Source: a virus. Taken from it: a DNA stretch of 39,598 nt. A program made the translations under genes and the position numbers. The first letter of the stretch is position 1, and each line of letters begins with the position of its first letter. The DNA is taken from the UHGV virus genome UHGV-1361780. One strand, 5' to 3'. Of this stretch, positions 9,437 to 18,523 are shown one piece after another. The notes under the pieces are model-generated. The model did not search any database. It worked only from the letters and a program-made list of their open reading frames with translations, and had not been told where the DNA came from.

Positions 9437-9700
9437 TTACATTTTGTAACAAATATTTTCCCATTTTTTATAAGCATCCATATAAAGTTCATCTTTGTCC
9501 CCATTATATGTAAACTCATAATACATTCCATCCGGAGCGGTAGTGCTTAATAATGCTTTGTGGTTCTGTAATGTCTTGCAGCACCAAACCACATACACAT
9601 CATCTACTGTGATTTTTTTCTTATCTGTCTTATCCATGTGCTCATTGGTATAAGCACATACCTTTTCTTTACAAATGCGAATAAATTCAGCATTGCTCAT
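9437..9700 (-). CDS. Small conserved phage hypothetical protein (87 aa).
   Basis: ORF from the track with a good RBS context. The motif YVVWCCKTLQNHKALLSTT..DGMYYEFTYNGDKDELYMD resembles small proteins found near the lysis/fibre genes of Firmicutes phages. Confidence 0.5.
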   Translation of the reverse strand: MSNAEFIRICKEKVCAYTNEHMDKTDKKKITVDDVYVVWCCKTLQNHKALLSTTAPDGMYYEFTYNGDKDELYMDAYKKWENICYKM

Positions 9701-9730
9701 ATTTATTCACCTTTCCTTTCTTTTTCTGGT

Positions 9731-9988
9731 TTGCTTACAACTAGTAATTTAGAAACTCTTGGAACAAACAAACTCAACACAGATAATCATATTTCCAAAG
9801 TAGTCTTGAATGCTAATAATAATGGAGTAACGTTTACGATTGATGGCGTTCCTTATACTTCACCGATAATGGTTGCGGGAAAGAGCATTACTAGAATGGA
9901 AATTGATACAACATTATCTAAATTAACCCTTGTTTTCTTTTATGATGGACAAATCATAAAACGGTATGTATCCTTGTCAGCATCTTAA
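9731..9988 (+). CDS. Questionable antisense ORF (TTG start, about 85 aa; the track's longer version from 9638 overlaps gene 9437-9700).
   Basis: This is the only open frame in a 339-bp minus-strand coding gap (9701-10039) of an otherwise tightly packed operon. The translation is protein-like and beta-rich, but no RBS was found. Confidence 0.2.
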   Translation: MLTTSNLETLGTNKLNTDNHISKVVLNANNNGVTFTIDGVPYTSPIMVAGKSITRMEIDTTLSKLTLVFFYDGQIIKRYVSLSAS

Positions 9989-10039
9989 TTTATCAGTTGC
10001 AAAGACTTGTATTCCAATAGCAAACAATCTTTTTGTAGA

Positions 10040-11539
10040 TTAAGCCGTACCAAAAATTATCATAGTTACCCATTTTTTTCCGGAAAATGTAGAACCAGCT
10101 GTTGCAATTTTTAAATTATTTCCGTCTTTTACTGCTCTAAAATTGTAAACACTGCTATCTTCAACATTTGTTTGACATATACCGCTAGCATATGTAGGAA
10201 TGTTTCCAAAAATAGATTGAAGTGTCTTAGTTGCTACTCCATTTGTAAAGGTAAACTCTTCGATAATTAAAACAATCGTTGTAGTCTTAACTTTTATTTT
10301 AAAATATCCCGAATCTAAATTACTATTTTGAGCGGTGATCTGATCCTGCAAGGACTTTCCCATACGTGCATCCAGTGTATAGCCTTCTTCCGTTGTTAAT
10401 GCATTGTTTACCACATTGCTTCTTAATAACAGCTGATTTAGCACCTTATCCGCTATCACATCGATCAACGCCTGGACCGTACTTGTCGCATTTTCCTTAC
10501 CTAATAATCCTAAAAGATCCACAGCTGATACAGACGATGCTTTTCCGTCAAATCCGCCTAGCCCCTGTATCAGCCCTTTTACCACATTTGCATCAGATGC
10601 TGCTGCGGATGCACTGCTACTAGCCTCTGATGCTTTTTGGGTAGCTGTCTGAGCTGCACTACTGGCTGCCTCTGCGCTTCCAGCTGCCGCCTCTGCACTG
10701 GTGCTGGCTGCACTTTGGGCTGCGGTCGCTGTCTGTGCCGCACTACTGGCTGTTTCTGCGCTTCCGGATGCCGCCTCTGCACTGGCACTGGCTGCATTCT
10801 GTGCTGTGGTCGCTGTCTGTGCCGCACTACTGGCTGTTCCAGCACTTCCGGATGCTGCCTCTGCACTGGCACTGGCTACACTGGCAGCTTTTGTTGCTGT
10901 CTGCGCTGCGCTACCAGCTGTTCCAGCACTTCCGGCCGCTGCCTCTGCACTGGCACTGGCTGCACTCTGCGCTGCGGTCGCTGTCTTAGCCGCTTCTACC
11001 GCAGCTTCACCCTGCTTCTGCCACTCTGCTTCATTTTTCAGCCTAGCCGATTCATTTTCCTGGCGGATCTTTTCTGCTTCCACTCTGCTACTTTCCGCAG
11101 CATCCATTGATTCAGTCTTCTGGTCAATCCGTTTTTCCAGTTTTTCAAGTTCGGACAGCGCCATTTCCGCACCATCCGGAGTATTTATGGTATCTCCAAC
11201 ATACAGGTATCCCTGATTTGTTGCCCACTTCACGGTTCCGAAATCATCTGATCCCCGAAGTGCAATAAATACCGTTCCCACCTGCTTCACGCTGGCAGCA
11301 CTCACGGTCCATGTCAATATCACATGCTCATCTGTTATTTCTTTTTCAAGTACATCAGTATCCTTAGTTTCCTTTCCGTATCTCAGATCAATACGAAAAT
11401 CCAGGTTAGATATGTCAATACCGCCTACAGTGAGGCGGTTGATCTTAAACTGTCTGGTTTCTGAATTGTTATCGAACTGTGTCCCTATCTGTCTTTCTGC
11501 TACCGGGATCACCAATTCTCTTCCCCGTACAGTTATCAT
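10040..11539 (-). CDS. Fibre protein (499 aa; head fibre or tail fibre). It has an N-terminal beta domain, a coiled coil, an Ala/Ser-rich collagen-like repeat stalk and a C-terminal beta domain.
   Basis: Three domain types are visible. The coiled coil reads ALSELEKLEKRIDQKTESMDAAESSRVEAEKIRQENESARLKNEAEWQKQ. There are four 28-aa repeats of SASAEAA(A/S)GSAGTA(G/S)SAAQTAT.. before the C-terminal domain. It lies two genes after the major capsid gene. Confidence 0.6.
   Translation of the reverse strand: MITVRGRELVIPVAERQIGTQFDNNSETRQFKINRLTVGGIDISNLDFRIDLRYGKETKDTDVLEKEITDEHVILTWTVSAASVKQVGTVFIALRGSDDFGTVKWATNQGYLYVGDTINTPDGAEMALSELEKLEKRIDQKTESMDAAESSRVEAEKIRQENESARLKNEAEWQKQGEAAVEAAKTATAAQSAASASAEAAAGSAGTAGSAAQTATKAASVASASAEAASGSAGTASSAAQTATTAQNAASASAEAASGSAETASSAAQTATAAQSAASTSAEAAAGSAEAASSAAQTATQKASEASSSASAAASDANVVKGLIQGLGGFDGKASSVSAVDLLGLLGKENATSTVQALIDVIADKVLNQLLLRSNVVNNALTTEEGYTLDARMGKSLQDQITAQNSNLDSGYFKIKVKTTTIVLIIEEFTFTNGVATKTLQSIFGNIPTYASGICQTNVEDSSVYNFRAVKDGNNLKIATAGSTFSGKKWVTMIIFGTA
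10605..10995 (-). repeat. Tandem repeat with an 84-bp period and about 4.6 copies, in frame inside the fibre gene. It encodes the Ala/Ser-rich 28-aa units.
   Basis: Anchor GCCTCTGCACTGG recurs at 10689, 10773, 10857 and 10941, exactly 84 bp apart. The flanking copies are degenerate. Confidence 0.85.
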
Positions 11540-11558
11540 ATCTTCCGCCCCCTTTCAG

Positions 11559-11861
11559 TTACTCCTTGTATCTTGCGCTTTCTTCAATCTCAATCGCATA
11601 TTCACGCTGAGCTTCTGCATTTTCCAGAACCTCTACAACAGATTCCGGAAGTTCTGTTGGTACTCCACGCTTAATCAGATAAGACTTTCCGTTTACTGCA
11701 ACAAAAACATCTGCACGATCCTTATCTGCACTTCCCAACGGGATCTTGAATCTGATCAGCTTCTCTCCCTTTTTCTGTGGCTCTGCATCCTGCTTTACTA
11801 CTGCATCCTCTACCGCAGCCTGTTCTACTACTGCATCCTCTACCTTTGCAGTTCTTCCCAT
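11559..11861 (-). CDS. Hypothetical head-associated protein (100 aa) with an internal 10-aa direct repeat (VEDAVVEQAA / VEDAVVKQDA).
   Basis: ORF from the track with a GGAGG RBS. It lies immediately downstream of the major capsid gene. Confidence 0.5.
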   Translation of the reverse strand: MGRTAKVEDAVVEQAAVEDAVVKQDAEPQKKGEKLIRFKIPLGSADKDRADVFVAVNGKSYLIKRGVPTELPESVVEVLENAEAQREYAIEIEESARYKE

Positions 11862-11875
11862 GTTTTTAAACCTCC

Positions 11876-12886
11876 TTAGTTCGCTTCTCCATCGCTAAAT
11901 GTAGATGCTGTCTCAATACGGATCATATAAGCCTCTGTTAAGATTTCAGTTACTTTGAGCGCCTTCCAGCCCACAGTAGCTCTCTGATCCAGCGGATCAC
12001 CTGTTCCGGCACTTCCCAGCTGTTTAATAATGGTCTTTAAACCACCACCTTCAATCTTGGTAGTCGCATATGCATTTGCACCAAAGATTAAAGTTCCATA
12101 CACATCAATCTTTGTAGTATCAGATGTGCTTTTTGCAGCTCCAGCCTTAGCCCAGATTTTAGCTTCAGTGGTTTCAACAAATCTAGCGCCCTCAATCTCT
12201 CCAATCTCCCCGTTATAAATTCTTTCTGGATTTTTGTACTTAACCGCATCGATCCAGCGCGCATCTTCTGTAAGATCGTAGGAGCAGTCTGGATGTACGA
12301 TTCCGTAGTAATATCCGTTAATTTTCTTTGCGTTCTGCTTTTTGAGGAATCGAACTGCCTTTTTAACAGCCTTAACTGTCAGTTTCATTTCAGGAGTTAA
12401 AGCCGCTCTGGAGGTAACCTGCCCCTCTGCATACTGCACATTAGTTCCAGCTGCCAGTACTTCTCTCGAAATTGTATCCAGGGTTCTGCCTGCCTGAGAT
12501 CCAATTAAGGTGGTTGCTTCAACAATGTTATTATCGATCGCTGTTAAGATCAGTAAATCTGACAGCTCAATGAAATCACCATACTGCTTTACCGTTGCCT
12601 CGATCTTGGTAACGTTCATCTCTTTACCGGTCGGTGTTACGCCTTCGGTCAATGGTGTCATTGCTTTCGGCAGCTGATCATACTTACGGAACTCAATGGT
12701 CTTACCACCATTTTTTGGAATGTTTCTTGTCTGTGCCCACTGATCATGCACAAGTTCCGGTTCTGCATTCTCGATCAGATTGCGATCATAAAATGTCTTC
12801 ATTTCTACAGACATACCCGCTGCTGTAGTTGTATTCGCCGGTGCGTCAAATAATCTAAGATTCATGTAAATAATAGTCTTTTTCAT
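11876..12886 (-). CDS. Major capsid protein (336 aa, HK97-fold type) with an N-terminal propeptide ending ...MNLRLF.
   Basis: Size and position after the scaffold gene fit a major capsid protein. The N-terminal MKKTIIYMNLRLFDAPANTT parallels the Prp-cleaved capsid N-termini of staphylococcal 80alpha-type phages (LNLQxF|A). Confidence 0.8.
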   Translation of the reverse strand: MKKTIIYMNLRLFDAPANTTTAAGMSVEMKTFYDRNLIENAEPELVHDQWAQTRNIPKNGGKTIEFRKYDQLPKAMTPLTEGVTPTGKEMNVTKIEATVKQYGDFIELSDLLILTAIDNNIVEATTLIGSQAGRTLDTISREVLAAGTNVQYAEGQVTSRAALTPEMKLTVKAVKKAVRFLKKQNAKKINGYYYGIVHPDCSYDLTEDARWIDAVKYKNPERIYNGEIGEIEGARFVETTEAKIWAKAGAAKSTSDTTKIDVYGTLIFGANAYATTKIEGGGLKTIIKQLGSAGTGDPLDQRATVGWKALKVTEILTEAYMIRIETASTFSDGEAN

Positions 12887-12898
12887 GCTTTTTCCTTT

Positions 12899-13765
12899 CT
12901 ACATCGTAATGGTCTCCCCTCTGGCTGCGCGCTCCATGACTTTGCGGAACTCTTCATGTGATAAATCCCATGCACTCACTTTCGTTCCATTTGCGCTACC
13001 GGCACCCACACCATTTTCGGACGGTCTGCCATTGCCAGATCGGATTGAATCCGCAACTTTTTTCTTCGTATCTCTCTCTGTCTGGGCCATTAACCCTTGT
13101 GTAATCTCGTTAAAATGAACTGCTTTATAAGCGTTTTCGACTTCCACTCCGGCACCCAACAGCCTGGTAAAAGTCTCATTCTCACATTCTTTTGCCATAT
13201 CAAATTCTGGGAAATGCTGCTTACAAAGCTCAGCCTCTCGGTCCCATCTGGCATAGATATCATCCCTCTGCCTAATCTGCTGCGCTCTCTGGGCGCTTTC
13301 AACCAGCTGTCTATTCTGAGCCTCTGTCTTTCTCATTCTTTTCAGCTGTTCAACAGTCATGTTTTCTTTAAGAGCCTGCTCTTCCCAGAAAGATTCATCA
13401 TTGTCGATGGCTTCCATGATCTTTGCTACATTTCCGTCTTCGATTCCGTATCTTTCAGACAGCAATGACATCAAAGGCGTATATGAATCAAGCTGTTCAT
13501 GCAGCCGTTGCTCATCCTTAAATCTTCGGTCGATATGGCTTTTTACGTCTTTACCATACAGATCACGATACTTTTCCTTGAATTTTTCATAACCTGCCTG
13601 CCGCTCTTCCGGTGTTTCTTCCAGTTCCTGGCCTTCCTCTGCCCCAGCGCTTCCAGTGGTGTTCTGGACATTTTCTCCCGTTTGGTCTGCTGCTGGTGCT
13701 GCCGCACCGGCTCCACCGCCTTCACCTTCAAAAAGTCTTAAGTTCATTTCGATGATTCTCTTCAT
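12899..13765 (-). CDS. Scaffolding protein (288 aa, highly charged and helical) with an N-terminal MKRIIEMNLRLFEGEGG Prp-cleavage-like motif.
   Basis: Acidic, helical composition. It sits between the Prp and major capsid genes and shares the MNLRLF motif with the capsid protein. Confidence 0.75.
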   Translation of the reverse strand: MKRIIEMNLRLFEGEGGGAGAAAPAADQTGENVQNTTGSAGAEEGQELEETPEERQAGYEKFKEKYRDLYGKDVKSHIDRRFKDEQRLHEQLDSYTPLMSLLSERYGIEDGNVAKIMEAIDNDESFWEEQALKENMTVEQLKRMRKTEAQNRQLVESAQRAQQIRQRDDIYARWDREAELCKQHFPEFDMAKECENETFTRLLGAGVEVENAYKAVHFNEITQGLMAQTERDTKKKVADSIRSGNGRPSENGVGAGSANGTKVSAWDLSHEEFRKVMERAARGETITM

Positions 13766-13845
13766 TTTGCTCCTCTCAGCAGTCTTTCCTGCGTGTCCAA
13801 AATTCAGCGGTCTTTCCCGCGCGTTCTGTTTTCATGGTATCACAT

Positions 13846-14211
13846 TCATTTTTTCTTCTCTACCACCCCAGATTTTGCGTTCATATGGACAAATTCCGGG
13901 TAAGATTTGCTTAATGTTTCATACCCTCTCTGTATGGTATAAACCATCGCGTTCAAACGCTTCTGTGCTTTCTTCTTGACCAATACACGAATGTCTATCA
14001 ATCCCTCTTTGATCTGCAAGTCCTGTATCACTACTGCTTTCTCTTCTCCCAGGTCGATCATACACTGCGCTGCCGTCTGTCCAATGGCAGATACTGCAGC
14101 ACAAACAATATCATGTCCTTCCGGAAGTCCCATAGCGCATCCGTATCCGGCATGACCTTCCACCTTCAAACGGAAGTATCCTGGCACGTTTTCAAATGTA
14201 ATCTCTGTCAC
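13846..14211 (-). CDS. prp: Prp-family cysteine protease (ribosomal-processing cysteine protease homolog, 121 aa).
   Basis: GHAGYGCAMGLPEGHDIVCAAVSAIGQ matches the Prp His/Cys catalytic dyad motif (GHA...GxDIVCAAVSA). The GTG start overlaps the portal stop (GTGA). Confidence 0.8.
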   Translation of the reverse strand: MTEITFENVPGYFRLKVEGHAGYGCAMGLPEGHDIVCAAVSAIGQTAAQCMIDLGEEKAVVIQDLQIKEGLIDIRVLVKKKAQKRLNAMVYTIQRGYETLSKSYPEFVHMNAKSGVVEKKK

Positions 14212-16088
14212 TGGTTTACCTCCGTTGCTGTAGCTGCCTTTTCCCTGGCCTTTCCTGCCTGGCTGGTATCTGTATTCACTGCCTGTCCTAAAGAATTTGT
14301 CTTTATGCTATTTCCCTGGTTTACATTCACATCTGTCATAGCCATCTGGTTGTTTCCAATCAATCCATTAACAGCCTGGATCAGATCCGGTCTATTTGTC
14401 ATTTCAGCAACCATCGGTGCAAGCTGCGCTAATATCTGCTGCAACTGCTGGATCTCCTGATACATGGTGCCATTCTCTGATATCTTTTTAATCACTTCTT
14501 CTCTACGATCAAAATCCATCATAGATACTACCGCAAGGGCCTGATCCGCAAGCTGAGGATTAAACAGTCCCATACCAAAGAGTTCTTTTGCCAGTTCGTT
14601 GTTTGCGATCCTGCTATACGGGCTTGCCTTCTGTGCTGATATTTTGACATCAAACACTGGTCTTCTGGTCAATATTTCCCCGTCCATCATTGTTGCTGTC
14701 TGTTCCTGTAATTCGCTCTTATCCATCATCACATACTGTGCATCACCATTCGACTGAGTGATCCGATAGCAACGAGGCAGATCATAAAACTGCCTGATAA
14801 GCTCAATAATCAGTGTCACAACCTCTGCATGTGCGGTGTAGCTAGTTTTGATCATATCCCGGCTCAGTTTACTTCCTGCTTCCTGCAATGCTGCGATAGC
14901 TGAAGCCGCAGTTACTCCCGATGCTGTGGATCCCTGAGAAAAATCCCGGTTTCCGCTTGTTTCTTTCAGCTCATCCACTTTGAGTGTTCGCATGTTGATA
15001 ACATATTCCGGTAGCTGTGGCGGCTGGATCTGCTTAATTTTGGTTTCGTCCATTGTTCCAGATACTTCCACCAAATCTTTGCTTAAATCAGCAAAATCCT
15101 CTGCATTTACATTTGATCCTGACGATACAAAATATCTCGGTTTGCTCAAATTTGCAGACTTGAGTATCACCGAATCCAGCTTGTCTATATATTCCTGGGG
15201 ATTTACCATTACATCCAGGTATCCAAACCCTGCTGGAGAACCTTTTTCCGGGAACATTACATCAAATACAAACGGATATTTCCCATGCTCATACCATCCA
15301 TTAGTGCATGTTTCATCATCCTCAGATGCATACAACACAATTCCCGGAATAAATTTGCAGTAGTGCAGCACCGTCTTAACTCCGCCAGTTGCAAGCAGTA
15401 TTCTTTTTTTGTAGTACCAGTCAATGACCTGCACCTTGTTGCTTGTATCGATGTTCTCATCATAGATATACTCTGACTTTATCAGTTCGCCTGTGCCTAC
15501 TGTTTTATCTTCGAGTTCTGGATATGCTTCTTTTAGCTCATCCAGGTCCATAAGTTCTGTTGTAAACACATCCTTTGATCGCTGTATGTCCTTTATACCA
15601 GGCTCCCAGTAGATATTCATGATATCCTGGCATTTTACGTCAACGTCTCCTAAGCCGTTTTCTTTTTCTTTGTTCCAAAAGACCCCGTAAATGGCTGTCC
15701 CAGTTTTGGGCTTATCCCAAGAGCAGTCATTGTATACTTGCTCAAAATTATTCTGATCCAGTATAACCGGCACCACCTGAGAAAGGATTTTCGCTGTATC
15801 CTCATCTGACTGTTCTCTGGGAAGAATAGCCGGGCATGGATAATTGTCCATAAAATCCGCATGTTTATTAATCAGGCTGTTAAAAAGCCATGCGCTCACT
15901 GGCTGGGGATCATTTGCGTTGCGAAATTCACTGTTAAAGCGCTGCCAGTGGTTATTCTTCCACCATTCCTCTGCACCTACAATTCTTGTTTCTAATGCTG
16001 CTTTTCCCTCTTTATACTTCTGCAACCTGGCATAAGCATCATCTACTTCTTTTTTACCAATTTTCTTTTTTACAAGTTCTTCGTCCAT
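14208..16088 (-). CDS. Portal protein (626 aa).
   Basis: Size and position immediately after TerL. Composition is SPP1 gp6-like. Confidence 0.8.
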   Translation of the reverse strand: MDEELVKKKIGKKEVDDAYARLQKYKEGKAALETRIVGAEEWWKNNHWQRFNSEFRNANDPQPVSAWLFNSLINKHADFMDNYPCPAILPREQSDEDTAKILSQVVPVILDQNNFEQVYNDCSWDKPKTGTAIYGVFWNKEKENGLGDVDVKCQDIMNIYWEPGIKDIQRSKDVFTTELMDLDELKEAYPELEDKTVGTGELIKSEYIYDENIDTSNKVQVIDWYYKKRILLATGGVKTVLHYCKFIPGIVLYASEDDETCTNGWYEHGKYPFVFDVMFPEKGSPAGFGYLDVMVNPQEYIDKLDSVILKSANLSKPRYFVSSGSNVNAEDFADLSKDLVEVSGTMDETKIKQIQPPQLPEYVINMRTLKVDELKETSGNRDFSQGSTASGVTAASAIAALQEAGSKLSRDMIKTSYTAHAEVVTLIIELIRQFYDLPRCYRITQSNGDAQYVMMDKSELQEQTATMMDGEILTRRPVFDVKISAQKASPYSRIANNELAKELFGMGLFNPQLADQALAVVSMMDFDRREEVIKKISENGTMYQEIQQLQQILAQLAPMVAEMTNRPDLIQAVNGLIGNNQMAMTDVNVNQGNSIKTNSLGQAVNTDTSQAGKAREKAATATEVNQ

Positions 16089-16096
16089 TTTCGCTC

Positions 16097-17545
16097 CTAA
16101 ATCCTAATGATTTTATATGCTTTTTCACGTTCTGCCTTATACAGATCCAAAGGATCATCCAGCGGCGGTTTTTTCTTTACATTCGCACGCTTTGCGATCT
16201 GGTACTGCATCAGGAAATATCTGCACTCATCATAAATATGATCTTCCTGTGTAGTGTCAATATCTTCTACGTTCTTTGCATCATATACCAGCTGTGGGAT
16301 CGTCCTTATAAATCCCTTACATGTGTTAAAAACGTAAAATAACGGATGTCCATCTGCATTAAATGCCAGTCTGTAATGATATTGCATTTTCCCGGCAATT
16401 CGATGATTATCGCCTGGGCTCCAGTACACTCCATTTCGGGCCATGATGTCCGCTATAGAATCGCCTCTGCTCACATCAAAGATTGATGGATCTGCTATGC
16501 CTGCTATTTTTCTTCCCTTAAGGTTTGGATCAGTCTCTTCTACTTCCCGGATCATCCGCGCCTGCTCTGCGGGATCCACTTCCAGTCCTACATTTGCCTG
16601 TCCCTCTTTGCAACCATACAGCTCACGGATCCGATACACACATCCGCTATAATCGACAGCATACCAGCCAACTGAGAACGGTTTAGCATATCCAAAGTCG
16701 TAGCTTCTTCCGATCAGCCATCCTTCCGGTATCTTAAACGGCTCAATAACATGGGTCCATTCTCGGCTTTCATAATTTGACGGGTCATTTTTCCATTCTG
16801 AGAATACCTGTCCACTGAACGAATCCCAATCACCATACAAAAGCGCATTTCTTTCTGCTTCTGGCAGCATAGCCAGTGATGCGATATACTCCGGGTTGTT
16901 GTCCAGCAAAGCCTTATTATCAAACACAGAGCTAGGGATAAATATCCTGTCTCTGGTACGCTTTATCACCTCACCGGATGGTTTGGTGATATTCACTTCC
17001 TGCACAATCTTAGTCTCCGGCTTCGCTATGCTCACAAATCGTGCTTTTACCCACGGATGTCCTGGGCCGCCTGGGTTCGCCGTACTCCTGATGTATGTTC
17101 TCAATCCAGGTGCTGATGATCTAACTCGTGAAAAGAGATACATATACTCTTCTTCCGCAAAATGCGTCAGTTCATCGAATCCTACAAAATCAAAATGTCG
17201 GCCCTGGTATTTAAGCTTGTCCTTCGTGTGCTGCATTTGCCCGAAGTAGATCATTGCGCCAGATGGAAACCTCCAGGCATGCTTACTTTCGTTGTATTTA
17301 GCTCTTGGGAACGCTGATCCGTAAAGCTCATGGCTGCGGCTTATGATGTCTTCCAGCTCAGGGTAAGTCTTTCGGAAAATGATTGCGCGATACTGTGGGA
17401 TTTGGACTTGTCTCAGTGCCTCTGCTACTAAATAATCGCTCTTTCCACCGCCAGCAGCTCCACCATATAACGCCTCAAATTCTGGACGTGACATCATAAT
17501 TTCCTGTCGTGGCTGCGGTGCCCATACAATTCTTGGGTTACTCAT
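16097..17545 (-). CDS. terL: Terminase large subunit (482 aa).
   Basis: Walker A motif YGGAAGGGKSDY in the N-terminal ATPase, followed by a C-terminal nuclease-type region. The start overlaps the TerS stop (ATGAGTAA). Confidence 0.9.
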   Translation of the reverse strand: MSNPRIVWAPQPRQEIMMSRPEFEALYGGAAGGGKSDYLVAEALRQVQIPQYRAIIFRKTYPELEDIISRSHELYGSAFPRAKYNESKHAWRFPSGAMIYFGQMQHTKDKLKYQGRHFDFVGFDELTHFAEEEYMYLFSRVRSSAPGLRTYIRSTANPGGPGHPWVKARFVSIAKPETKIVQEVNITKPSGEVIKRTRDRIFIPSSVFDNKALLDNNPEYIASLAMLPEAERNALLYGDWDSFSGQVFSEWKNDPSNYESREWTHVIEPFKIPEGWLIGRSYDFGYAKPFSVGWYAVDYSGCVYRIRELYGCKEGQANVGLEVDPAEQARMIREVEETDPNLKGRKIAGIADPSIFDVSRGDSIADIMARNGVYWSPGDNHRIAGKMQYHYRLAFNADGHPLFYVFNTCKGFIRTIPQLVYDAKNVEDIDTTQEDHIYDECRYFLMQYQIAKRANVKKKPPLDDPLDLYKAEREKAYKIIRI

Positions 17546-18077
17546 CCTTTTTTACTTCCTTGCTGATCTGCTCCACCTGGGTTGGCGTCAAAACAATAAC
17601 ACCAGTTCCCTCATCATCTGCCATAGCCTCTGCAACTTTTTCTTTCCAGATATCCGGTTTACGGTTCTTGAGCCAGAATATGATTGCTTTTATATCCGGT
17701 TCAAAATAGTGGACCTCTTCCGCCGTCTTTAATTCTTCAAACTCTTTTATCTTTCTTCCTGTTGCTTCGTCATATTCTACAGTCTTAACTTTAAAAGCCT
17801 TTTGCTCCCTTGCATAAAAGCCAATGGCCTTTTTGTACAAACTGTTCTCGATCAGACGATCCGCAAAGTCTTTCCCGGTTGCCAACGCCGCATTAATTGG
17901 TGCATATTTCTTTTTCCATTCCGCCAGCGTGGATCTGCTTATCCCTATCTGCTTTGCTATTTCTTCATCTGTCATTCCGGCTCTTGCCCAAGCTGACAGA
18001 ACCGCCTGATGCTCTTCACTTTCTGCCCATTCCCGCCATTTCTGGCGGCCTGCTGCTTTTCGCTTCTTTTCCGCCAT
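17538..18077 (-). CDS. terS: Terminase small subunit (179 aa) with an N-terminal HTH.
   Basis: GMTDEEIAKQIGISRSTLAEWKKKY is typical of Firmicutes phage TerS HTH domains. It is translationally coupled to TerL. Confidence 0.8.
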   Translation of the reverse strand: MAEKKRKAAGRQKWREWAESEEHQAVLSAWARAGMTDEEIAKQIGISRSTLAEWKKKYAPINAALATGKDFADRLIENSLYKKAIGFYAREQKAFKVKTVEYDEATGRKIKEFEELKTAEEVHYFEPDIKAIIFWLKNRKPDIWKEKVAEAMADDEGTGVIVLTPTQVEQISKEVKKDE

Positions 18078-18156
18078 ATCACCACCTCATAGCATCAATT
18101 TTATATTTTTTCCTGTCCCTTCTCTACCACCCCACCTTTGTCCGGTTTTTCCCACG

Positions 18157-18181
18157 CAAAAAAGCCCTATATCAGGGCTTC
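18157..18181 (-). terminator. Rho-independent terminator (stem AGCCCT/AGGGCT followed by U6 on the minus strand) between the early region and terS.
   Basis: AAAAAAGCCCTATATCAGGGCTTCT on the plus strand reads on the minus strand as GAAGCCCUGAUAUAGGGCUUUUUUG. Confidence 0.65.
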
Positions 18182-18235
18182 TCTACTAACTTACCGCGCG
18201 CGCATGTATGCGCACATCAGCATGTCCGATTGTGT

Positions 18236-18523
18236 TTACTCATAAAATTTCTCAAAATATCCTTCTTCCACCATATCAACAGATCCATCTGCTACCATAC
18301 GGCATTTATATTTTCCCGCTCTTGCTTTTTCAATCTCTTCAGCGCTCACATGGATCACTGGGCCTTCTCTTCTTGCCAGAGCTGACACCCAAACCATGGC
18401 TCCTTTTGCAATCAAATCTGCCTCCATAAATCTTTTTCTGTCCCTCTCTGCCTGGCGTTTTGCCTCTGCCTCTCTCCGTTCTGCAATCTTCACTCTCTCC
18501 ATTAAGCTCATTTTCTTTTTCAT
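18236..18523 (-). CDS. Hypothetical protein (95 aa, charged and helical).
   Basis: ORF from the track. Its 4-nt overlap with the upstream gene suggests coupling. Confidence 0.5.
   Translation of the reverse strand: MKKKMSLMERVKIAERREAEAKRQAERDRKRFMEADLIAKGAMVWVSALARREGPVIHVSAEEIEKARAGKYKCRMVADGSVDMVEEGYFEKFYE

Noticed and set aside
10366-11216. Family of overlapping ORFs on both strands (10366-10623, 10579-10872, 10637-11110, 10701-11216, 10735-10989).
   Set aside because: These are artefacts of the 84-bp Ala/Ser tandem repeat, which is open in several frames. The repeat was also considered as a CRISPR array and rejected: there are no unique spacers and it is in frame and coding.
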